From a virus, in IMG/VR virus record IMGVR_UViG_3300020182_000010, positions 64,001 to 128,000 of that record: a stretch of DNA of 64,000 nucleotides; one strand, given 5' to 3'. Below are positions 1 to 9,515 of this stretch, in pieces. A program made the position numbers and the translations under genes. The notes under the pieces were generated by a model. The model made no database searches. It saw nothing but the letters and a program-made list of their open reading frames with translations, and was not told where the DNA came from. Position 1 is the first letter of the stretch. The number at the start of each line of letters is the position of its first letter.

Positions 1-139
1 CAGCCAGAACCTTTCTAGCGTCTAGCGGTATTTCCCACATTTCGTCGCTATCGTCATATACAATTATCAAGTCACCACAATCGTCTACTGAGATAGTAGT
101 GAAGTTACCCATGTCTACTGTTTCATCTACTTTTTTCAT
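1..139 (-). CDS. Hypothetical protein (5' part; runs off window)
   Basis: ATG at 139 overlaps the stop of the upstream gene (ATGA); open frame MKKVDETVDMGNFTT... to the window edge. Confidence 0.6.
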   Translation of the reverse strand, partial: MKKVDETVDMGNFTTISVDDCGDLIIVYDDSDEMWEIPLDARKVLA

Positions 140-570
140 TTGTAAGCCTTTCCAAATCCTTCTATATAAAGTCTATCTTTTTCCTCAAACCGCCAGATAT
201 TAAAGTCACTAAAAGTTGCGTACATTTTTGCTCCACGATCTCTGCGATTAAATGCAGATATCATTTCATCTGGTTTGCTATCATATATTTCTAATTTGCC
301 AAATAATGTAACACGTGGATTATTCATTTCAGTGCTATGTCTACTTTCTCCAACAAAATACAGTGATACATTTTCACTAATATCTCTAATATTTTTGGTA
401 TGTTGACTCAAATCACTTAGTAACAAATATATATTATTATCATCTAATAGTACTGGTGTTACTTTAGAAATTTCTGCATAAATCTTGCCAGTGGTTCCCA
501 TAGCGGATTGCTGATAATTCATCAATAGATATTCAACATCATCTTTTACTTTTTCTATATCATGATACAT
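136..570 (-). CDS. HugZ/HutZ-like pyridoxamine 5'-phosphate oxidase split-barrel protein
   Basis: YLLLSDLSQHTKNI, NPRVTLFG, FSDF and YIEGFGKAY motifs. Confidence 0.7.
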   Translation of the reverse strand: MYHDIEKVKDDVEYLLMNYQQSAMGTTGKIYAEISKVTPVLLDDNNIYLLLSDLSQHTKNIRDISENVSLYFVGESRHSTEMNNPRVTLFGKLEIYDSKPDEMISAFNRRDRGAKMYATFSDFNIWRFEEKDRLYIEGFGKAYK

Positions 571-733
571 CTATATTCTCCCTATAACCATCACTGACAC
601 CAGTGCCTACTACTTTTTTACTTCCACAATTCTTACAGTAACTTATATTAACAACAAAATTTAACCCATCAGCATTAATTATCTGGCAAGTTTTGCTTAA
701 TTCTAAATTCATACAACAATGCATTATACTCAT
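560..733 (-). CDS. Small Cys-rich (Zn-ribbon-like) protein, 57 aa, not in ORF track
   Basis: MSIMHCC...YCKNCGSKK; fills the gap and overlaps both neighbours. Confidence 0.55.
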   Translation of the reverse strand: MSIMHCCMNLELSKTCQIINADGLNFVVNISYCKNCGSKKVVGTGVSDGYRENIDVS

Positions 734-951
734 TTCGTTATAAACATTCCCTCACTTTTATCCAACGCAAGTAAAAATTCACTAAACATTTTTTGATTTA
801 TACAAATAGTCCAATGTCTATTTTCAGATTCAACCCATTGAGAAAAATATATACCATCACTTGCAAATCTAATGATAAAGTCATCAACGTTATTATTTTC
901 ATCCATGATTGTTACTTTAGATAGATCAAATTCGTGTTCGACGGTAAACAT
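730..951 (-). CDS. Hypothetical protein
   Basis: ORF translationally coupled to uvsE. Confidence 0.7.
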   Translation of the reverse strand: MFTVEHEFDLSKVTIMDENNNVDDFIIRFASDGIYFSQWVESENRHWTICINQKMFSEFLLALDKSEGMFITK

Positions 952-1964
952 TATTGTGTTTCCTCCTCAAATGGAATACTTGCTAAGTTTTTTGCTTTTG
1001 CTTCTACCATGATATCAAAATCATTACGAAAACTACCGGCCCATTCATTAACTGCTGAATTCCACATATAGTCACTGTGTGCCCTAAGTTTGCCTTTCTT
1101 GTGTCCAGTTTCGATTAGTTGTTGGAAATCTGGCCTTACATCAGTTTTATGACCAATAAGATAATCCTCACGACTACAACTATAATGCATTGCAGGGCGA
1201 ACTCCTCGCCAACTATCGATAACACGTTTGACACGATCATCATTCGCTTCAATATACTCGCCTTCACGGCACCAATGATGATGAATATCTAGGACAAGAG
1301 CAACATCTTTTTCTAGTTCTAAGCTATCACTGATACCCCATTTGTTTTCGTCATTTTCGATGGTAATACAGTTCCTTGCCTCTTGTGAGAGTTGGGGTAA
1401 GATGGCTTTGATACCGGCTGGACCTTGTCTGCCGGAGATGTGGACATTGATTTTGAAATCCTGAAATTGCTTACCATAGCCCATGTACCGTGCGATATCT
1501 GCATGATATTCAAACTCCTCTACTGAACGCTGAACAATGTCGGGATTGTCACTTGCAAGAACACAGAATTGTCCAGGATGCATTGACATTCTAACATTGT
1601 TCAAACGTGCTTTATTACCTATATTACTTAGCTTAGTTGCAATCATATCTGTAATATAGTTTGTTTTTGTAAGATGCCCAAAGGTTGCTTCTGTGTAAGC
1701 CGGCAGCATATCACTGCCAATACGAAGCATACGTTGTGATAGAGGAAGAGTAGAAACGTAATCAACTAGACGCTCTGTGGCGTTTAGATTATGTTTAACA
1801 ATATCATATACACGGTCTTGTGCTTCTTCTTGGTGTTCACGCATCCACCTGATAGTAGTACCACGATAGTTCAGTGGGCCTTCTATCTCTTTGAGCATCT
1901 TGGGCTTTAGCGTTCTATCATTATGCATGAATTTACACGCAAAGCCAACTCTTTTAATCGTCAT
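951..1964 (-). CDS. uvsE: UV-damage endonuclease UvsE/UvdE
   Basis: RVGFACK, SMHPGQFCVLASD, TIENDE, LDIHHH, HYS, RAHSD and MVEAKAK motifs. Confidence 0.92.
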   Translation of the reverse strand: MTIKRVGFACKFMHNDRTLKPKMLKEIEGPLNYRGTTIRWMREHQEEAQDRVYDIVKHNLNATERLVDYVSTLPLSQRMLRIGSDMLPAYTEATFGHLTKTNYITDMIATKLSNIGNKARLNNVRMSMHPGQFCVLASDNPDIVQRSVEEFEYHADIARYMGYGKQFQDFKINVHISGRQGPAGIKAILPQLSQEARNCITIENDENKWGISDSLELEKDVALVLDIHHHWCREGEYIEANDDRVKRVIDSWRGVRPAMHYSCSREDYLIGHKTDVRPDFQQLIETGHKKGKLRAHSDYMWNSAVNEWAGSFRNDFDIMVEAKAKNLASIPFEEETQ

Positions 1965-1966
1965 GG

Positions 1967-2224
1967 TTAAACCTTTTCATCTGTGTGAATAAATCGAATC
2001 ATAGCTTCAACATACATCATTTCAGATGGGACTACAACCGTTTTATTTATAGGAGGGTTAAACCAATGAGTATGATAAGATTGAAATCTTTCATTGCGTT
2101 TTAAACCTTTTAAAACTTTACCACGAATAGTCCATTTTCGTTTGCCACACTCTTGATTTAATAATTTAACAATACTATAGAATTGTTCACGACTTGTAAA
2201 TCCAAATTCAAATTCATGTGTCAT
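1967..2224 (-). CDS. Hypothetical protein
   Basis: ORF with AGGTGA RBS downstream of a TTGACT-N17-TATAAT promoter (about 2251-2279). Confidence 0.7.
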   Translation of the reverse strand: MTHEFEFGFTSREQFYSIVKLLNQECGKRKWTIRGKVLKGLKRNERFQSYHTHWFNPPINKTVVVPSEMMYVEAMIRFIHTDEKV

Positions 2225-2259
2225 ACTTCACCTTTAAATTGCATAGAAGTATTATAAAT

Positions 2260-2268
2260 GATAAATAC
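2260..2268 (+). promoter_or_regulatory. T4-type late promoter (GATAAATAC)
   Basis: Same motif found upstream of many structural-type genes in the window. Confidence 0.6.
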
Positions 2269-2303
2269 TTTAAAGTCAATAGTAAACTTAAAGGAATTCG
2301 AAA

Positions 2304-3890
2304 ATGTCAAACATGAAAAAATGGAAGAATATTGTCCAGACTGCAAATCTAAAAGAATCTGATTCAGAGGACGTAAACTATACAGATCATGAAGTATCTA
2401 TGGCAAAATCTCAACTGTTGAGTAGTGTAAAAAGTTCAAAACGAATTGCTAAACATTTGTCTGACAAGTCTGAAGAAGAAGGTCTTCCGGGATGGGTTGC
2501 AAGTAAACTAACAGTAGCAGAAGATTATTTGCAATCAGTTGCAGACTATATGGATGGCGAAGAATTACAAGAAGGCTACAAAGTTATGCCTCCAATGAGT
2601 GATAAGTATATAGCACGTGACGGTCTTGAAGGTCCGTTTAGTACACTTAGTGGCAAAGTAGTTTACTATGATCCAAAAGAAGGCTCATACTATGATCCAG
2701 ATTCTGACATGTATATTTCATATGATGAATTTCAGCAGTATGATAATGATTATAGTGGTATGAAAGATGATCATGACGAAGTTGAAGAAGGTAATGAATT
2801 TAGTGGCGCACTAGAAGATGCTAAAAAATCTGGCAAAAAAGAATTTAAAGTTGGTGGAAAAACATTCCAAGTAGAAAATTATCAAGACCGTTCGAATGCA
2901 GCGGCAGCCACACGCAACCAAATCAAAATAAACAAAAGTAATGCTTCGATGCCACAAGATGCAGTACGTAAAGTATCAGGCAATAGTTCATATACACATG
3001 CAACTAATCCATCTTATATAAAGAAAGCAAATGATCGTAAACATGATGGACTAGGTAAAAATGCAGCGACTATTAAGCGTATGAAACCAGGCGCAGATGG
3101 TAAATTTATATGGGGCAGAGACCAACTAAGTGACGGTACAGTACAAGAAGCAGAAAATGAAACAAAGTACGGCATTGTTCGCTATCCAGATACCGCAATC
3201 TCATACATTAAAAATGATGGCAATGGTTGGGAACATATTTACGACCGCTCATATGGATTTAAAGGTCCTGTTGCCAAAGCAGACTTGAAACATGCTAAGA
3301 AGATTGCAAAAGAAAAGATTCCATCACGAATGATTAATGAATGGGTATGCGGTGATTGTTCTGCTGAACCCTGTCAGTGTAATATTACAGAAGGAATACC
3401 AAAAGATACAACCTATGGAGTAGTAGTTGATGGTGTATATATTGCTAAAGGTAATAAAGCAAATATGCGTAGACTTGCCAAAGAAAAAGATGGTCAACTT
3501 ATGAATGCTCCGGGTAAAAAAGTAGGCGACAAAACTGCTAGTGTCAATGAATCAACAGAAATGAACAAAGAGCATTCGCCAAGTGTTGTAAAGCAAGCCG
3601 TGGCTATTGCTAGTAAAATGGGTGGCAATATGACAGGCGCAACGGCAGCTATTGAAAAGATGAGCCCAGGCTTATCTAAGCACCCACAAGTTGCAGCAGT
3701 TCTAAAAAGAGCAAACGAATCACAAATGATGTCAGAATCACAGTTTGATGAAGCGGCAGGCGAAAAAGATGCTTGCTATCACAAAGTTAAAAGTCGTTAC
3801 AAAGTATGGCCAAGTGCATACGCATCGGGCGCACTAGTAAAGTGTCGTAAAGTTGGTGCTTCTGATTGGGGCAATTCAAAGAAGAAGTAA
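2304..3890 (+). CDS. Multi-module putative internal head protein/polyprotein
   Basis: Mosaic of short modules separated by LKE-S, LQE-G, VEE-G, VQE-A, ITE-G, VNE-S; ends in a DACYHKVKSRYKVWPSAYASGALVKCRK module typical of marine T4-like phages. Confidence 0.6.
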   Translation: MSNMKKWKNIVQTANLKESDSEDVNYTDHEVSMAKSQLLSSVKSSKRIAKHLSDKSEEEGLPGWVASKLTVAEDYLQSVADYMDGEELQEGYKVMPPMSDKYIARDGLEGPFSTLSGKVVYYDPKEGSYYDPDSDMYISYDEFQQYDNDYSGMKDDHDEVEEGNEFSGALEDAKKSGKKEFKVGGKTFQVENYQDRSNAAAATRNQIKINKSNASMPQDAVRKVSGNSSYTHATNPSYIKKANDRKHDGLGKNAATIKRMKPGADGKFIWGRDQLSDGTVQEAENETKYGIVRYPDTAISYIKNDGNGWEHIYDRSYGFKGPVAKADLKHAKKIAKEKIPSRMINEWVCGDCSAEPCQCNITEGIPKDTTYGVVVDGVYIAKGNKANMRRLAKEKDGQLMNAPGKKVGDKTASVNESTEMNKEHSPSVVKQAVAIASKMGGNMTGATAAIEKMSPGLSKHPQVAAVLKRANESQMMSESQFDEAAGEKDACYHKVKSRYKVWPSAYASGALVKCRKVGASDWGNSKKK

Positions 3891-3891
3891 G

Positions 3892-4908
3892 ATGAAGATT
3901 TCAGAAATCATATCAGAGTCTAAAGAAATTAGAACAAAAAAGAACTCCGACGGGTTTACAATTGATTTAATCGTAGACGGCAAGCATGTTGGACAATACA
4001 CACACGCACGTGAAGATGACATTGTTCGTAATCAAGCAGAGATTTTTCCTGAGTATCGTGCCAAAGGTTACGGTACTATGCTGTTACTTGCGGCAATCAA
4101 AACAGCAAACGATTTAGATTTAGACTTTGAAGAAGATACACAAAGCCTAACACCAGCAATGAGTAGAATATACGATGAACTAGATGATAGTGGTATGATT
4201 TACGGTGGCAGGGGTGCATGGGCTATTAGCCCAAGTGGCGAATCAGAACTTGAAGACTTTTTAAACGAAGATTTACGTGCGTGGTTCGGTAAAGGTAAAA
4301 AAGTATACGAAGCATATGAAATAGAGTTTGTGTGTGTTAATCCTAACTTTTGTGACGCTACAGACCCAAAAAAACAGCAAGCACTGTTTAATGCACTAAA
4401 ACGTGTACCGGGTATTATTGTATACCGTCAAGATTTTGATGTTCATAACAGTATGGCTGCAATCATAAAAGATGAAAGCGACAGTGTTGCACCTGAGAAA
4501 GTACAACAATTAGCCAAACAACATGGTGTTGGTATTGACCTCGAAAACGACATAAGCCAAAGCATGATTGACGATATTGTTACCGGTAGACTGGAAGGTT
4601 TAATTGACTACTACGACACAGACTTAAACGAAGACCTACGTGCTTGGTTTGGCAAAGGTAAAAAAGGCGGTGCTGGCGGCGGCGGCTGGGATCGTTACAA
4701 CACCAATGGCGAACGTATTGGTAAATGTGGAGACTCTAAAGAGGGTGAAGGTAAGCCCAAGTGTCTATCTAAATCACGTGCGGCATCTCTACGTTCAAGT
4801 GGTGGCAAGAAAGCAATTGCTAATGCTGTAAAACGTAAGAAAACAAATGATCCAAATCGTAACCGAAAGGGCAAGGCAAAGAACGTTAACAATCATCCAA
4901 AGAAATAA
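3892..4908 (+). CDS. Multi-module protein with N-terminal GNAT-like domain (start re-assigned to ATG 3892)
   Basis: MKISEIISE leader; IFPEYRAKGYGTMLL acetyl-CoA motif A; duplicated LNEDLRAWFGKGKK; basic Cys-containing C-terminal module. Confidence 0.65.
   Translation: MKISEIISESKEIRTKKNSDGFTIDLIVDGKHVGQYTHAREDDIVRNQAEIFPEYRAKGYGTMLLLAAIKTANDLDLDFEEDTQSLTPAMSRIYDELDDSGMIYGGRGAWAISPSGESELEDFLNEDLRAWFGKGKKVYEAYEIEFVCVNPNFCDATDPKKQQALFNALKRVPGIIVYRQDFDVHNSMAAIIKDESDSVAPEKVQQLAKQHGVGIDLENDISQSMIDDIVTGRLEGLIDYYDTDLNEDLRAWFGKGKKGGAGGGGWDRYNTNGERIGKCGDSKEGEGKPKCLSKSRAASLRSSGGKKAIANAVKRKKTNDPNRNRKGKAKNVNNHPKK
4261..4666 (+). repeat. 43-bp direct repeat pair (4261-4303 and 4624-4666) encoding LNEDLRAWFGKGKK
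   Basis: Identical peptide; differences are synonymous. Confidence 0.9.
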
Positions 4909-4917
4909 GGATATAAA

Positions 4918-5115
4918 ATGGCACACTTGATAGTAACAACAGACTATTCAGTTACATACTGTAACAACTGTGGTGCTGGCTCACATTGTGGCACTAGCAA
5001 GTATACACAATTTAAAGATTATAAGTGTGATGGTGGAGAATTAAGAGAAGTAATTACATGCAGTCATTGCAATTGCAAAAAATGCAAAGGCAAAATTACA
5101 CAAAAGAAGACATAG
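4918..5115 (+). CDS. Small Cys/His-rich Zn-finger protein
   Basis: CNNC..HC, CSHCNCKKC; AAGGA RBS. Confidence 0.7.
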   Translation: MAHLIVTTDYSVTYCNNCGAGSHCGTSKYTQFKDYKCDGGELREVITCSHCNCKKCKGKITQKKT

Positions 5116-5119
5116 AATT

Positions 5120-5251
5120 ATGTATGATTTAAAATTTATAAAAGATTATGTTCACTATTTAAAGTTACACGAAAGATTACGTATGACTACTAATGATAGA
5201 AATAAATTTTGGAATACATATATGAAGGATAAATACGATGAAAATAAATGA
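5120..5251 (+). CDS. Small hypothetical protein (43 aa), not in ORF track
   Basis: MYDLKFIKDYVHYLKLHERLRM...; fills an intergenic gap. Confidence 0.4.
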   Translation: MYDLKFIKDYVHYLKLHERLRMTTNDRNKFWNTYMKDKYDENK

Positions 5252-6290
5252 TATAATTGTAGAAAATAAAGTTAATATGTCAGATGCCGATTTAGAAAAA
5301 GCAATTCGTGATTCTGCAGTAAAAAATAACATTGATCCTGATATTGCAGTTAGAGTATGGCGGCAAGAAGGAGGATCTGCATATCAAAGTAATCTAGTTC
5401 CTAAAAACGATACAACTCGTACAGTTGGTGGCAAAGAAGCTAGTTTTGGACCATTTCAATTATATACAGGTGGCGGATTAGGAAATGATTATGAGAAAAA
5501 ATATGGTGTTAAACTTGTAGATGATAACACACCAGCTGGAATACTTAGACAGATTGACTTTGCTTTGAAGCGTGTAAGAAAATCTGGTTGGACTCCATGG
5601 GCTGGGGCAAAGGCAGCTAAAATTAGCAAATGGCAAGGTGTTGACTTTACTAGTATTCAACAATCAATTTCTAATTCTGGGATAAAGATAGATGTTGATG
5701 GAGCGTATGGTCCAAAAACAAAACAAGCCATTAAAGATTTTCAAACGGCACAAGGGTTAGAAGTTGATGGTATTATTGGACCAAACACACAAGCAGCACT
5801 TAAAAAATTTAATAGTACCAAACCTAAAACTACAGTTGATAAACCAGAAAAAGTAGATATACCAAAACCCGTTGAACCGAAAAAACCTGCGGGAACAACC
5901 GCAGCACCCAAAACAAGTATTAGACCTAATGAAAGACCAACGACTGCAGCACCCAAAACAAGTATTAGACCTAATGAAAGACCAACGACTGCAGCACCCA
6001 AAACAAGTATTAGACCTAATGAAAGACCCACAACATCTGCGCCTACAACAAGTGTTAGACCAGTAGCAAGACCCACAACATCTCCAGATAACTTTGATGG
6101 AATCTCAAATGATACTAAAGATGCGATTGACACAACTATAAAGGCAGTAGTAAAAAAATCTAATATTAATAAAAAACCTAATGTAACTACATCAGTACCT
6201 AAACCAGTGGCACCTAAAAAGTCAAAAAATGATAGTTCAGGAATGATCGCTACTAAAAAAGTTTCTAAAGGCTCAACTAACAAAGATTAA
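5238..6290 (+). CDS. Lysozyme/transglycosylase-like cell-wall hydrolase with peptidoglycan-binding domain and Pro/Thr repeats
   Basis: RQEGG..SFGPFQL..GWTPW; VDGAYGPKTKQAIKDFQ..GLEVDGIIGPNT PG-binding motif; MKINDIIVE leader. Confidence 0.75.
   Translation: MKINDIIVENKVNMSDADLEKAIRDSAVKNNIDPDIAVRVWRQEGGSAYQSNLVPKNDTTRTVGGKEASFGPFQLYTGGGLGNDYEKKYGVKLVDDNTPAGILRQIDFALKRVRKSGWTPWAGAKAAKISKWQGVDFTSIQQSISNSGIKIDVDGAYGPKTKQAIKDFQTAQGLEVDGIIGPNTQAALKKFNSTKPKTTVDKPEKVDIPKPVEPKKPAGTTAAPKTSIRPNERPTTAAPKTSIRPNERPTTAAPKTSIRPNERPTTSAPTTSVRPVARPTTSPDNFDGISNDTKDAIDTTIKAVVKKSNINKKPNVTTSVPKPVAPKKSKNDSSGMIATKKVSKGSTNKD
5895..6074 (+). repeat. 45-bp coding tandem repeat (3 near-perfect copies + 1 degenerate), TTAAPKTSIRPNERP
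   Basis: Directly visible in DNA and protein. Confidence 0.95.
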
Positions 6291-6328
6291 AGAAGCCAAA
6301 TGCAAAGGATGACAAAGGAAGAATTATT

Positions 6329-6727
6329 ATGAAAATTAATGATATTTTAAATGAGCAATCAAATGCCATTATTGAAGAAATTACTCTTGAAGATACACAA
6401 GATTTTCATGACGAATTTGGATATCTTGGCTATAGCGAAGACGATAGTGATTTATTTGAAGCGGAATATCAAGGGCGTACTGTTAAACTAAACAAACCTA
6501 TGCGTGGGGATGTTAAAAAGTTCAAAGTATATGTAAAGAATGATAAAGGCAATGTAATCAAAGTTAACTTTGGACATGGTGGCACAAGTGCTAAAGCAAA
6601 AGGTGAAAAAACTATGCGAATTAGAGTTTCTAATCCTAAAGCACGTAAGAGTTTTAGAGCAAGACACAATTGTAAAAATCCAGGACCAAAAACTAAAGCA
6701 AGATACTGGTCTTGTAAGGCTTGGTAA
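6329..6727 (+). CDS. Conserved phage protein (DUF6321-like basic domain) with acidic pro-region
   Basis: MKINDILNE leader; FEAEYQGR..KVNFG..RKSFRARHNC..ARYWSCKAW. Confidence 0.65.
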   Translation: MKINDILNEQSNAIIEEITLEDTQDFHDEFGYLGYSEDDSDLFEAEYQGRTVKLNKPMRGDVKKFKVYVKNDKGNVIKVNFGHGGTSAKAKGEKTMRIRVSNPKARKSFRARHNCKNPGPKTKARYWSCKAW

Positions 6728-6754
6728 GTAGTATACTGCGAGAGGAAATAGAAA

Positions 6755-7186
6755 ATGAATAATAAATTCAGCATAGGTGTTGTTATTGCAATTGTATTGC
6801 AAGTTAGTGCATTTGTATGGTGGACAGCACAACAAGCACAAACGATTAACCAACTTAATGAACAAGTATCTGAACTTACAAGCCGTATGGCAGTTGAACA
6901 AGAAGTAAACTTACAGCGTGATGTATCGGACTTAAAAGACCAATACCGAGACCTTAAAGAAAAAACACTCGACGGTATCTTAGAAATTGATAAAGTCAGA
7001 TTAACAGAAGATAATCGGTTAGGTGAATATATTGATCGCAGACTAGCAGAACTAATCGGTGAATTACAATCTACATTTGCTCAACATGAATCGTGGATTG
7101 ACGAAATCGACGACGACATTGCAAAACTTGATAAAAAGTTAAGTGACAGAATTAGAGTTATAAAAGAAAAACAACGAGGGGAATAA
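6755..7186 (+). CDS. Membrane-anchored coiled-coil protein
   Basis: N-terminal TM segment followed by heptad-rich region; GAGGA RBS. Confidence 0.7.
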   Translation: MNNKFSIGVVIAIVLQVSAFVWWTAQQAQTINQLNEQVSELTSRMAVEQEVNLQRDVSDLKDQYRDLKEKTLDGILEIDKVRLTEDNRLGEYIDRRLAELIGELQSTFAQHESWIDEIDDDIAKLDKKLSDRIRVIKEKQRGE

Positions 7187-7187
7187 T

Positions 7188-7376
7188 ATGTGGATATTAT
7201 TATGGGTAGCATTGATTCCTAATACTCAACAATTGGCTACATACCAGCTGGGCACATTCGATTTGGAGAGTGCTTGCGGAGAGGCACTCCGTGATGCAAT
7301 GGTATTAGTATCTGATAATATGCAAACAATAGATTGCATTTGGATAGAACCTCCAATTAAATCAAAAAAAAATTAA
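7188..7376 (+). CDS. Small secreted/membrane protein
   Basis: Hydrophobic N-terminus, two Cys. Confidence 0.6.
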   Translation: MWILLWVALIPNTQQLATYQLGTFDLESACGEALRDAMVLVSDNMQTIDCIWIEPPIKSKKN

Positions 7377-8197
7377 AGACCCATTGCTTTCTGTGTGTTT
7401 ACACCAACAATACCATCAGCAACTAATCCGTTATTTCTTTGCCAGTCCATAACTGTGCGCTCTGTACCTGAACCAAAGATACCATCAGAACTTTCTCCCA
7501 ATACTTTTTGCATAGCAGCAACATCACTACCACGGTCGCCTTTGCGCAATGTTCGTTTCTTTGGGGTATAATGTCCACCTAAAACTTCTAATGCATGTTC
7601 CCAGTGTTTTGTCCTGTCTTCTAATCCAATTGTTCCACCATTAATTCTTTTAGTCATGGTAACAATATCTTGGTCATCACAATAGCGATTAATATTATTT
7701 GTATCCCAAAACCAACATGCACTTGCTAAAGCACCAATAGGTGTACGAACAAAATCAGTTGCATCTTCTGCACTCATATCTTCTGCTTTGCCAAATTGTG
7801 TATAATTATGTCGACCAGTAAGTTGCAGAATACCACCACCTCTAAAACGCCATCCGTCACCACTATCGGTATCACCATTATCCATTCTATTTGCGTAAAT
7901 TACATTTGCAATTTTTTCTGGCTGTCTGTGATAATCATCAGCATTCCTACCAGCACGTTCAAAATATTTTGGAAATATTGAATTTAATGCTTTAGAACTA
8001 TAGTTTAGATTTTCAGTCAACACAGTATAACCCGCACTTTCGTGTCCAGTTTGTGCAATAAATCCCGCTACTCTATTTTCTGTATCAATATCCCATCTGG
8101 GTAATACTCTCTCCATGGCGTCAAACCATTCACTAGCATTAATGCGTGGCAACAATTCTGCGACATGTTCTACTTTAAAATCAAATTTAAATCCCAT
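7373..8197 (-). CDS. GH19 endolysin with C-terminal peptidoglycan-binding domain
   Basis: FIAQTGHESAG, ENLNYS, GDGWRFRGGGILQLTGRHNY, TKRINGG; DGIFGSGT..DGIVG. Confidence 0.92.
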   Translation of the reverse strand: MGFKFDFKVEHVAELLPRINASEWFDAMERVLPRWDIDTENRVAGFIAQTGHESAGYTVLTENLNYSSKALNSIFPKYFERAGRNADDYHRQPEKIANVIYANRMDNGDTDSGDGWRFRGGGILQLTGRHNYTQFGKAEDMSAEDATDFVRTPIGALASACWFWDTNNINRYCDDQDIVTMTKRINGGTIGLEDRTKHWEHALEVLGGHYTPKKRTLRKGDRGSDVAAMQKVLGESSDGIFGSGTERTVMDWQRNNGLVADGIVGVNTQKAMGL

Positions 8198-8198
8198 T

Positions 8199-8624
8199 TT
8201 ATATCTCCTTCAATATAATAGATTTGTTTTCTATTAGAATTTCTCTGTTCCTTAGATGTTCTTTTTCGACATCATCTTTGTCTTGGCCATGATAGCGAAC
8301 AGCCAAATTCTTTTCAATCATTATTTCAGTGAATAGTTTATCATTAATACTAAAGTCACCAAGAATACGACCGAACTTTCCAGTTTTGTCTTTTGTAGTC
8401 ATTATTATTTGTGTTGACCCAACAGGCATTAAATCTTTAACAAAGTCTTTTGCTAAATTACCAAATTGTTTTTCTACTAAGTCCCGAGTACGGGTCTCAG
8501 GGGTGTCAATTCCCATAATACGAATACGCTCTTTATGTAACCATACTCCAAAACCTAGATCAATATCCACATCAACTGTGTCACCATCAACTACTCTAAG
8601 TATTTTGCATCTATATCTATACAT
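8199..8624 (-). CDS. Thermonuclease (SNase-like) family nuclease
   Basis: RVVDGDT, RIRIMGIDTPE, GKFGRILG. Confidence 0.88.
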   Translation of the reverse strand: MYRYRCKILRVVDGDTVDVDIDLGFGVWLHKERIRIMGIDTPETRTRDLVEKQFGNLAKDFVKDLMPVGSTQIIMTTKDKTGKFGRILGDFSINDKLFTEIMIEKNLAVRYHGQDKDDVEKEHLRNREILIENKSIILKEI

Positions 8625-8924
8625 TTACCAAAACTTCAATGATTTGGTTGCTTTTTTAGCAGCGTTATAAGCAGCATCTACAGACTTTTCAACTGTGCCA
8701 GTTGTTGCTTTCTTTGCTGATTTTGCAACTGCAGTTGCTTGCTTTTTAGCATCTTTAACACCTGCATCTGCTGCTGCTTTCGCCGCTGCGGCTGCTTCTA
8801 CTGCTAATTGTTCATTTTTTTGTGCCGCTTTAGTTGCTGCTACTGCTGCTTCTGCGGTCGCTTTTTCAGCAGCCTTAATTGCAGCATTCATTTTTTTATC
8901 CCAATCTTTTGGCATTTGTGACAT
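8625..8924 (-). CDS. Ala/Lys-rich helical protein
   Basis: Coupled to neighbours; resembles the helical region of 9516-11273. Confidence 0.7.
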   Translation of the reverse strand: MSQMPKDWDKKMNAAIKAAEKATAEAAVAATKAAQKNEQLAVEAAAAAKAAADAGVKDAKKQATAVAKSAKKATTGTVEKSVDAAYNAAKKATKSLKFW

Positions 8925-8925
8925 T

Positions 8926-9510
8926 TTATTTCTCCTTAGTTTCTTTAATTTTAAAATTCATACTAATAACAATTCGTTTGTCATTGGTATGGTTCTTTGT
9001 AACAAAGTGACTTATCGTACTATCAAACATTACAAATTTGTTTGGCTCCGCTTTAATAGTTGTTTGTTCAGTTATATACGGATTTTGTTTGTATTGGAAT
9101 ACCAAGTCTCCACTTCTTGGAGGAACTTGTACATAATATGCTGCACTAACGTGAGCGCCTTCTGCATAATTTTCTTCTGATTCATGAGTATGTAAATTAG
9201 TAGATTCATTTTTGCCATGCACCACTGACCAAAAAGCAGTGTTTGGATCTTCTGTACTACTAGTATTCCAACATAATTCAATTTCTGTGCCAAAAGCATC
9301 AAACCATTCTTTTTCTAAACTTGATGCGATTCTTTGTATTTGAGCGTTAAACTCAATTCTAACATCTTCTTTTCGTATATGGTCATCATCTTCTGCCATG
9401 AAGTTATTATTATAATAACTATTCATTATCATAGCAGAAAGCCCTAGTAGGTCTTCATTAAGAAATCCTACTAGGTACTCTTGCTTGAAAAGTACAATCT
9501 TTTCAGCCAT
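8926..9510 (-). CDS. Putative 2OG-Fe(II) oxygenase (TIGR02466-like)
   Basis: LHTH, SAAYYV, GDLVF, FDSTISHFV..RIVISMN. Confidence 0.8.
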   Translation of the reverse strand: MAEKIVLFKQEYLVGFLNEDLLGLSAMIMNSYYNNNFMAEDDDHIRKEDVRIEFNAQIQRIASSLEKEWFDAFGTEIELCWNTSSTEDPNTAFWSVVHGKNESTNLHTHESEENYAEGAHVSAAYYVQVPPRSGDLVFQYKQNPYITEQTTIKAEPNKFVMFDSTISHFVTKNHTNDKRIVISMNFKIKETKEK

Positions 9511-9515
9511 ATATA

